Shown here in pieces: positions 1 to 6,296 of a stretch of DNA of 16,129 bases. A program made the position numbers and the translations under genes. This stretch comes from Myxococcales bacterium (GTDB lineage Bacteria; Myxococcota_A; UBA9042): NCBI GenBank assembly GCA_037441385.1, contig JBBISH010000134.1, positions 1 to 16,129 of the forward strand. The letters run 5' to 3'. Within the stretch, counting starts at the first letter, position 1. The number at the start of each line of letters is the position of its first letter. The notes beneath the pieces were generated by a model. It did no database searches, was not told the DNA's origin, and was given only the letters and a program-made list of their open reading frames with translations.

Positions 1-776
1 GCCAGGCAGGCGTTGCCGTCGTCGCAGGTCTTGCTAGCGTCGACCGCCAACCCGGCGCAGTCGCCGTCTTTGCAGGCGTCACTGCCGCTGCATGGGTTGC
101 CGTCGTCGCAGGGCGCCCCGCTCGCCGCGTAGCTGGCCTTGCATTTCCCCTGTACGGGGTCGCACTTCCAGGTGATGCACGCCTCGCTGGCCTTGCACAC
201 CATCGGCGCGCCGGCCTGGCAGCTGCCCGCCTGGCAGGTGTCGCCCAAAGAGCATGGGTCGCCGTCGTCGCAGGCCCCCGCCTGTGGCGCGCTGGTGCAG
301 CCGCTGCCCGGCGTGCAGCCATCGGCCGTACACGGATTGCCGTCGTTGCACGCAATCGCATTGCCCAGGCACTTCCCCGACTTGCACGTCTCGCCCTGGG
401 TGCAAGCGTTGCCGTCGTCGCACGGGCTGCCGTCGTCTTTGACCAGCGAGGCGCAGGCGTGGGTGTTGGGGTCGCAGCCGTCTTGCGTGCACGGGTTGCC
501 GTCGTCGCAGGCGGTCGCGCTGCAAGAGCCAGCGGCGTCTACGCTATCGGCGGCATCCAGGCTGTCAGTAGCAGCGGCATCCGCGGCGTCGCCGGCATCG
601 GACTCGACGGGCACGTCCGCCTGAACATCGGCCGCCTCGCCGCCCGCCCCATCCAGCCCCGCGCCGGAGTCGACCAAGGCGTCGTATTCCGAAGCAAAAT
701 CGCCCCGCGTCGGCAGTTCGACCTTGCACCCGCTGACCGCCAGCGCGGCCACCATCCACCACAGGATCGTGCGCAT
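1..776 (-). CDS. Cys-rich CDDGNPC-repeat lipoprotein (Dictyostelium CTDC-like repeats), 3' end runs off the window
   Basis: Not in the ORF track because it has no stop in the window. I translated it by hand from ATG at 776 (AAGGA RBS upstream): MRTILWWMVAALAVSGC (lipobox VSG-C), then an Asp/Ala-rich linker, then CDDGNPCTQDGC, CDDGNACTQGETC, CNDGNPCTADGC, CDDGDPCSLGDTC, CDDGNPCSGSDAC, CDDGNACLA. The frame is open to position 1. Confidence 0.9.
   Translation of the reverse strand, partial: MRTILWWMVAALAVSGCKVELPTRGDFASEYDALVDSGAGLDGAGGEAADVQADVPVESDAGDAADAAATDSLDAADSVDAAGSCSATACDDGNPCTQDGCDPNTHACASLVKDDGSPCDDGNACTQGETCKSGKCLGNAIACNDGNPCTADGCTPGSGCTSAPQAGACDDGDPCSLGDTCQAGSCQAGAPMVCKASEACITWKCDPVQGKCKASYAASGAPCDDGNPCSGSDACKDGDCAGLAVDASKTCDDGNACL
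12..509 (-). repeat. Intragenic C[DN]DG[ND]xC repeat cores (plus-strand consensus GTTGCCGTCGTCGCA)
   Basis: 15-nt cores at 12-26, 96-110, 258-272, 336-350, 408-422 and 495-509. Spacing is 72-87 nt, with one degenerate unit (CKASEAC) filling the 162-nt gap. Confidence 0.9.
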
Positions 777-793
777 AGTATTGATTTCCTTGA

Positions 794-1813
794 CTACCAG
801 CGGCCAGCCACCACTAGACCACTCGCCGTCGGCGCCACCGCCACCGGCACCGCCCCGTCGCGCAGCCACAGCCAGGTGCCCACACCCGCCGCCACCACAC
901 CCGCGCCCGCAAGTGCCCAGCCCAGTTGGTACTGCCCCTCGATGCGGCTGGCCTCTTGGGCGGCGGCCGTGTAGCTGATTGCGTCCACATGACCGGCCGA
1001 ATCCCTATGCTGCACCTGGCTTTGCAGAGTGCTGTCCGCGCTGGAGGCCAACCCCAGCACCACCCCACCGCCCAGCAGGGCCGCGACGCCTGTCCCCAAG
1101 ACCGCGTAAGCCAGGACGGGAGCCGGCCGTGGTTCCGCGGGCTTGCTGACAACGGGAACAGGCGCCACGGGGACTCTGTCCGGCTTGGCGACCACGACCT
1201 TGGCCGCCGGTCGCAGCTCGTCGCGCCACCGCTCCGCATCTCCGCGCTGCGGTTCGTCCGCTTTGGCCGCCTGCAACCACTCGTCGTACATGGCCACAGC
1301 CACATCCGCGTGTCCGGCCAGTTGCTCGGCGCGAGCCCGCCGCAGCTGCCAGTCACGGCGGTCCGCTTGGAACCCCACCGCGTCGGCCCAGCGCTGGGCG
1401 GCCAAGGAGAAATTGTTCGCCGCCTCGGCCTGTTGCGCCTCGTCCGCCGCTTTCTGGCCGCGCTTCTTGGCCACTTCGGCGGCAAAGGCCTGGACCTTGG
1501 TCTTGACCGGCGCCTCGAACTGCGGATGAGCCAGAATCTCGGCATACAGCTCGGCGGCCTGGGCCAGCTTGCCGGCCATGTGGTGGGCGCGGGCGGCGTT
1601 GTACAACGCCCCGAGTTCACTGGGTTCTTGCCGGTAGATCTGCAGGAACAGCTCGCCAGCCCGGTCGAAGTTGCCGGCGTCGAACTCGCGCTGGGCAGCG
1701 GCGCTGAGGGCTTTGACGACCTTGGAGGCAGCGGCGAACGCGGCTTGTGGCGGGTAGGCAAGGTGGGCGCAGATTGCGAATACCGCAATACTGCTGAAGA
1801 AACGTAGATGCAT
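794..1813 (-). CDS. Secreted tetratricopeptide-repeat protein with C-terminal hydrophobic segments
   Basis: 339 aa. Signal peptide ends near AAFA. TPR-like helices include AQREFDAGNFDRAGELFLQIY and ALYNAARAHHMAGKLAQAAELYAEIL. A Pro-rich linker leads to two Gly-rich hydrophobic stretches and the terminal GLVVAGRW. Confidence 0.85.
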   Translation of the reverse strand: MHLRFFSSIAVFAICAHLAYPPQAAFAAASKVVKALSAAAQREFDAGNFDRAGELFLQIYRQEPSELGALYNAARAHHMAGKLAQAAELYAEILAHPQFEAPVKTKVQAFAAEVAKKRGQKAADEAQQAEAANNFSLAAQRWADAVGFQADRRDWQLRRARAEQLAGHADVAVAMYDEWLQAAKADEPQRGDAERWRDELRPAAKVVVAKPDRVPVAPVPVVSKPAEPRPAPVLAYAVLGTGVAALLGGGVVLGLASSADSTLQSQVQHRDSAGHVDAISYTAAAQEASRIEGQYQLGWALAGAGVVAAGVGTWLWLRDGAVPVAVAPTASGLVVAGRW

Positions 1814-1977
1814 GGTCGCCTCTGCAAGCGGCTTCGCCGGTCACCGGGCGCAATCGCTCTGCGTGGGCCAAATTGCGTCGTGGCTGTACGAAGCTACGCC
1901 CGAATGGGGTTGGTGGTCAAGGTGGGGTGTTACGAGCTGGACCCTCAATGGCGCCTTGTGCCGCGACCTCGCCAGGA

Positions 1978-2035
1978 GCCCTCATCCCCCGCGCCTCCGG
2001 CGCGACCCCTTCTCCCAACGCATTGGGCGAAGGGG
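1978..2035. repeat. Left 58-bp REP-like double-hairpin inverted repeat (downstream of the DUF559 gene)
   Basis: GCCCTCATCCCC-CGCGCC(TCC)GGCGCG-A-CCCCTTCTCCCAA(CGCA)TTGGGCGAAGGGG. 51/58 identical to the reverse complement of 2505-2562 by manual alignment. Confidence 0.95.
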
Positions 2036-2047
2036 TGTCGGGCCGGA

Positions 2048-2464
2048 TCATGGTCTTGGAGAGTTGCGCTCAGCCATGAGGCGAGTCTGCCGCTCGCGCA
2101 TGGTCGCCGGTTCGGCAGCGGATAGCGCCTTCGCGATGGCGCTGACCACGGTCGATACCTGCCCCACAACCTGGTCACTACCGAACCTCAGGACTTGCCA
2201 GCCGTTCTGCGCAAGCCAACAGTCCCGCGCCGCATCCTGGCTTGCCTGCGCCGGTTCGTCATGGACTCCGCCATCGACCTCGATGACCAGGCAATGCGAC
2301 AGGCAAGCAAAGTCTACCACCCAGCCGCAGATGTGGACTTGGCGCCGAAATTTGTAGCCGGCAACCCCTCGACCACGCAGCAACCGCCACATCGCAGCCT
2401 CGGCCGGTGTGGCTGTGCGACGAAGGGAGCGGTTCAACGCAATGTCCGCAGGCCTATCTGGCAT
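2048..2464 (-). CDS. DUF559 family (Vsr-like, PD-(D/E)xK fold) endonuclease domain protein
   Basis: 138 aa carrying the family motifs RSLRRTATPAEAAMWRLLR, KFRRQ, VDFAC, LVIEVDGGVH, DAARDCWL and GWQVLRF. GGAG RBS lies upstream of the ATG at 2464. Confidence 0.93.
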   Translation of the reverse strand: MPDRPADIALNRSLRRTATPAEAAMWRLLRGRGVAGYKFRRQVHICGWVVDFACLSHCLVIEVDGGVHDEPAQASQDAARDCWLAQNGWQVLRFGSDQVVGQVSTVVSAIAKALSAAEPATMRERQTRLMAERNSPRP

Positions 2465-2504
2465 GGTCTTGCTCCTGCACCAGCCTCAAATTTCGCTGTT
2501 TCTT

Positions 2505-2562
2505 CCCCTTCGCCCAATGCTTTGGGAGAAGGGGTGCCGCCAAAGGCGGCGGGGATGAGGGC
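2505..2562. repeat. Right 58-bp REP-like double-hairpin inverted repeat (upstream of the DUF559 gene)
   Basis: Reverse complement reads GCCCTCATCCCC-GCCGCC(TTT)GGCGGC-A-CCCCTTCTCCCAA(AGCA)TTGGGCGAAGGGG, an inverted copy of 1978-2035. Confidence 0.95.
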
Positions 2563-2652
2563 CTCGACCCGCGCCGCCAAGCGCCCCGCAAATGAAGCCA
2601 ATAACCCACCCCATTCCCAAAACCAACTGCAACTTCAACACGCTAGACCCAA

Positions 2653-2668
2653 AGTTGCGCGCGCAACT
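2653..2668. other. Perfect 16-bp palindrome AGTTGCGCGCGCAACT (weak terminator or protein-binding site)
   Basis: The sequence is its own reverse complement. It lies about 27 nt past the Uma2 stop and has only a short T run after it on the minus strand. Confidence 0.5.
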
Positions 2669-2694
2669 CTGACTCGTGGCGGACGGCGCTGGCG

Positions 2695-3303
2695 CTACCC
2701 CTCGCCGGCCGCCAGCCGCCCGGCGCGCTTGGGCGTCTCGACCGGAATCTCTAGGTCGGCGTACAGCGCGTCGACCGCCAGCTCGACCGACAGCGCCTCG
2801 ACCCGCGCCACCTCGCCGGCGCCATAGGCCGAAAAGCGCCAGAACGGGCCCTCTTGGCGCTCGTAGACCTCGACCAGCTGCATCTCGGTGCTCACCAGCA
2901 CGTAGGCGCGCAGCGACTCGATCTTGCGGTAGGCGGCGAACTTGCCTTCGCGGTCGTAGATGGCGGTGGAAGGGGACAGGACCTCCAAGATCAGCGTGGG
3001 GTGGCGCTGTACCAGCGTCTCGCCGCGGTCGCGCTCATCGCACGTCACAAAGGCGTCCGGGTAGTAGTAGTCGCCCGTGCGGTCCACCTTCAACTTGACA
3101 TCGATCATCCAGGTGCGACATTGGCGCCCCGCCAGCTTGCCGCGCAGGTCGGTCACCGCACGATAGACCAGCTCATTGTGGGTCAAAGTCGTCCCAGTCA
3201 TGGCAAAGATCTCGCCGCCCACGTACTCGTGCCGCCCTTCGGCCGTGGCCTCGAACTCCAAGTACTCCGCCTCGGTGACCGTGTTCACAGCTGGCAATGG
3301 CAT
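2695..3303 (-). CDS. Uma2 family (DUF820) putative endonuclease
   Basis: Motifs EYLEFE..RHEYVGGEIFAMTG..H, YYPDAFVTC, PTLILEVLSPSTAIYDREGKFAAY and SLRAYVLVS. The ATG at 3303 is 5 nt from a GGAGG RBS; the track's 3306 start is the adjacent GTG. Confidence 0.93.
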   Translation of the reverse strand: MPLPAVNTVTEAEYLEFEATAEGRHEYVGGEIFAMTGTTLTHNELVYRAVTDLRGKLAGRQCRTWMIDVKLKVDRTGDYYYPDAFVTCDERDRGETLVQRHPTLILEVLSPSTAIYDREGKFAAYRKIESLRAYVLVSTEMQLVEVYERQEGPFWRFSAYGAGEVARVEALSVELAVDALYADLEIPVETPKRAGRLAAGEG

Positions 3304-3340
3304 CACGACCTCCCTGGTCCGGCGCGCCGCGGCGCAGCTG

Positions 3341-4780
3341 CTAGTCTACCATCTTGATGGCGCCGGCGCCGGGCTTTTTTGCCGCTGGCTTGGCTGCACT
3401 GGCCTTGGCTGCCGGCTTGCCGTCGCCGGTTGGCTGAGCAGCTGCGGGCGCAATCGGCGGAGGTGCGGCAACTGCGGGAGGCGGACTGTCGGAGACTGGA
3501 GCCGGTGTGGGCGCCGGAGCGGGAGCCGCAACCGGTGCAGCGACCGGAGCGGCGACCGGCGTGGGACCCGGAGCGGGGACCGGGGCCTGGACTGGCGCCG
3601 CAGCCGGGGCCTTCATCGCCGGTTCCGCGCCATCCCCTGCGACCGCCGCGCTGGCCGGTTTGGCCACCGGCGTCATGCCTAGCCAGGCCGCCACCGCCAC
3701 CCCCGCCGCGACCAGGGCCACCGCCGCCACCAGCACCACCCGGCTGCGCCCCTTGCCCTGATCCGCCACCGCCTGCGCCGCCATCTTGGTTTGGGTATTG
3801 AGCGGCAGGGTCGCGTCGACGTCCAAAACCGTGGGTGCGGCCGTTTTGGGCGTGGAATAGGGCTCCGTGCCCGGACTGATCAGCCGGGACGGCGTGCCGG
3901 CCCAGGCGCCGCCCAGCACCGCCTCCAACGCCGCCCGCATGGACCGCGCATCGGCGTACCGCTGGCTGGGCTCCTTGGCCAGCGCCGTCGTGATGACCTG
4001 CACAAAGGCATCGGAAAGGGGTTGCTTGGCCAGCGCTCGCGGGTCCGGGATGTCGGCCATCAGGTGCAGGTTCATCAAAGCCATGGGGTTGTCGCCGCCG
4101 TTGTAGGGCGGCCGGCCGGTCACACAGCAATACAGGATGCAGCCGACCGCATACAGATCCGAGCGGCCGTCGAGTTTCAGCGCCTGCCATTGCTCGGGGC
4201 TCATGTACGACGGAGTGCCCAACAGCCGGCCGGCATTCGTCATGGCTGAGTCATGGACACGCGCGATACCAAAGTCTAGGACCTTGCATAGCTCCTCGCC
4301 GCTGCCGTCGTCCGTCAAGAACACGTTGCCAGGCTTCAGATCGCGGTGCACCAGGCCCGTGCCGTGGGCCTCGGCCAAAGACTTGAGGATCTGCACGCCG
4401 TAGCGCGCCGCGTCGGCCTCGGCCATGGTCTGGCCCTTGCGGCCGAGCTCGCGGATGCGCCGGTCCAGGCCTTGGCCTTCCAGCAATTCCATGGCCATGA
4501 ACATCGCGCCGTCGTCGGTGCGGCCAAAGTCATACAAGCGCACGGTGTTCGGGTGGCGCAGCTTGGCCATCACTCGCGCTTCTTGCTCAAAGCGGGCGTA
4601 GAACTCCTCCTCTTCCTCGTCGCCGATGGTCATGAACTTCAGAGCGACCCGCTGCCCCGACGACACATGCTCTGCGGCAAACACCGCGCCCATCGCGCCC
4701 TTTCCAACCGTGCCGGTGATGCGGAAGCGCCCCGCCACCACGTCGCCCACGACCGGAGTCGTCACCGAAGAATCGCCCAT
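3341..4780 (-). CDS. Membrane-anchored Hanks-type Ser/Thr protein kinase (Pkn2/PknB-like)
   Basis: Kinase motifs GKGAMG, VALK, HRDLKPGN, DFG, GTPSYMSPEQ and DLYAVG. One TM helix (VVLVAAVALVAAGVAVAAWLGM) is followed by a Pro/Ala-rich tail. Confidence 0.96.
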   Translation of the reverse strand: MGDSSVTTPVVGDVVAGRFRITGTVGKGAMGAVFAAEHVSSGQRVALKFMTIGDEEEEEFYARFEQEARVMAKLRHPNTVRLYDFGRTDDGAMFMAMELLEGQGLDRRIRELGRKGQTMAEADAARYGVQILKSLAEAHGTGLVHRDLKPGNVFLTDDGSGEELCKVLDFGIARVHDSAMTNAGRLLGTPSYMSPEQWQALKLDGRSDLYAVGCILYCCVTGRPPYNGGDNPMALMNLHLMADIPDPRALAKQPLSDAFVQVITTALAKEPSQRYADARSMRAALEAVLGGAWAGTPSRLISPGTEPYSTPKTAAPTVLDVDATLPLNTQTKMAAQAVADQGKGRSRVVLVAAVALVAAGVAVAAWLGMTPVAKPASAAVAGDGAEPAMKAPAAAPVQAPVPAPGPTPVAAPVAAPVAAPAPAPTPAPVSDSPPPAVAAPPPIAPAAAQPTGDGKPAAKASAAKPAAKKPGAGAIKMVD

Positions 4781-4901
4781 CGTGGTGCCACCCGCCCAAT
4801 GGACTGGGCCGTAGTGGGGACAGCGTGCTCCGCCAAGGCGGCAAGGTCAAGACCGTCCGGGTTGTGTCGCAACACGGAGACATTCAAGGTCGGCTCCAAA
4901 T

Positions 4902-6296
4902 CTACAACCCCGCCCGACCCAACAGCACCATCAGCTGGGCTTCGGCCGTGCGTTGGTCCAAACGCGCCTGTATCGCTGCCAGCTGCGCCCGAACCACGGC
5001 GGTCTCGGCGTCGGCGACCTCGATCCACAGACCGGCCCCGGCCTGGTAGCGGGCGCGCGCCGCGTCGCGTGCGGCCTGGGCAAACTCGACCTGCATCTGC
5101 GCAACCGGACTGCGCTTCTTGGCCTGCAGCCAGGCCGACAGGGCCGTGACCAGTTGCCCACGCAGCGCCAGCACTTGGTTGTCGCGGTTGGCGATCAAGG
5201 CGGAGATTTGGCCTTTGGTATCGGCGATTTGTGGCGACACGGTCCACCACGCCGCCAGCGGCACGCTGATGCCGATGGTACCGGCCACGTGCGTCTGCAC
5301 GTCAGATGCGGATGTGCCGCTGGCTTGGGTGATGCCCGAAACGTACAGGCTGGGCCGCAAGGTGCGCTGCACGGCCAACAGCTGGGCCTGCAGGGCCGCC
5401 ACGCGCTCGCGCAACGCCGCGTACTCGGGGCGTTTGTCCACAGCCTGCGCGAGCAGGCCATCGATAGTCGCGTCGTCGTCCAAGGTTGCGGTGGCGGCGT
5501 CGCCCAGGTCAAAGGCCGGCTCGCTGAGGTTCCCGGCCGCCAGCCGCCGCTCGCCCATCGCCACCGCCAGCACTTGCCGCTGGGCCCGCGCCGCCTCTTC
5601 GGCCCGCAAGACGTCGCCTTCGGCCGCGGCCAAGTCCGCTTCCACCTTGAGCCGGTCCAGGTCGGGTTTGGCGCGCAGCGCGACTTGCTGGGCGACGGCA
5701 TCGCGCGACCGAATCAGTTGGTCGCGACCGGCCTTGACCACTTCCAGGGCTGCATCGGCGCCCAGCACCGCCAGCCATGTCGTGGCCACGCCCTGCCAAA
5801 GCTGGGCACGCACCGCCGCGACGTCGCGCTCGGCCGCGGTGGCCGACTTCTCGGCAGCCTCTACACTGGCCGCGGTCTTGCCAAAGTCGAATGCCGTCCA
5901 GCGCGCACTGCCCGTCACCTGGAACGCCGGGGTAAAGCTGAAGGTATCGCTGAATTTGGCCGATCCCGCCGCCGCGGGTGCTGCAGTTTGGGCGGCCAGC
6001 GTCTGCGTATGGCTGGCGTCGATGCTCGCCGTGGGCAGCCAACCGTTGCGAGCGGTGCCGATCTGGGCGCGAGCACTCTCTATCCGAGCCAGGGCCGCCT
6101 GCAGCGACGGGTGAGCGCGCAGGGCCCGTTGCCACGCCTGGTCCAGGTTTGCCGGGAGCTCGGTGGCATGCGCTGGCGCAGTCCAAGCAAGTCCACACAC
6201 TACAAGCGCAAGTAGGTTAGACTGAACTGCTAGTCCAATCCACTTTGCAGTAGACTGGACGTACAGTCCAATGGAGTTGCAGCGGCAGCTACTCAT
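4902..6296 (-). CDS. TolC family outer-membrane efflux protein
   Basis: Two outer-membrane efflux repeats (ALRAHPSLQAA...WLPTAS and AVDKRPEYAAL...LRPSLY) plus ARARYQAG...EVADAE. The start is placed at ATG 6296, which overlaps the permease stop (ATGAGTAG). The track's 6410 start lies inside the permease. Confidence 0.9.
   Translation of the reverse strand: MSSCRCNSIGLYVQSTAKWIGLAVQSNLLALVVCGLAWTAPAHATELPANLDQAWQRALRAHPSLQAALARIESARAQIGTARNGWLPTASIDASHTQTLAAQTAAPAAAGSAKFSDTFSFTPAFQVTGSARWTAFDFGKTAASVEAAEKSATAAERDVAAVRAQLWQGVATTWLAVLGADAALEVVKAGRDQLIRSRDAVAQQVALRAKPDLDRLKVEADLAAAEGDVLRAEEAARAQRQVLAVAMGERRLAAGNLSEPAFDLGDAATATLDDDATIDGLLAQAVDKRPEYAALRERVAALQAQLLAVQRTLRPSLYVSGITQASGTSASDVQTHVAGTIGISVPLAAWWTVSPQIADTKGQISALIANRDNQVLALRGQLVTALSAWLQAKKRSPVAQMQVEFAQAARDAARARYQAGAGLWIEVADAETAVVRAQLAAIQARLDQRTAEAQLMVLLGRAGL
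6218..6282. repeat. Imperfect tandem repeat (33 + 32 nt), each unit containing TAGACT-N8-AGTCCAAT
   Basis: TAGACTGAACTGCTAGTCCAATCCACTTTGCAG (6218-6250) is followed directly by TAGACTGGACGTACAGTCCAATGGAGTTGCAG (6251-6282). Confidence 0.75.

Noticed and set aside
12..509. Regularly spaced DNA repeats that could be mistaken for a CRISPR array
   Set aside because: The cores are only about 15 nt, stay in frame, vary in a codon-like way and encode CDDGN. There are no cas genes in the window.
699..707. RGD tripeptide just after the lipobox of the first lipoprotein
   Set aside because: A single tripeptide next to the membrane anchor, built from GC-rich codons, is likely chance.
1822..1839. Possible sigma-54 box upstream of the TPR gene
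   Set aside because: The spacing is GG-N11-GC rather than the required N10.
1978..2562. Classical IS element or MITE with terminal inverted repeats
   Set aside because: There is no DDE or HUH transposase and no target-site duplication visible at the repeat edges (…GCCAGGA on the left, CTCGACC… on the right). It is kept as a REP-like cassette instead.
3420..3620. 12-nt quasi-repeats in the kinase 3' region
   Set aside because: They simply encode the PVAA/PA low-complexity stalk and are not an independent DNA element.
6216..6222. GTTAGAC matching the integron core site GTTRRRY
   Set aside because: No matching RYYYAAC inverse core, no attC-like hairpin and no integrase in the window.
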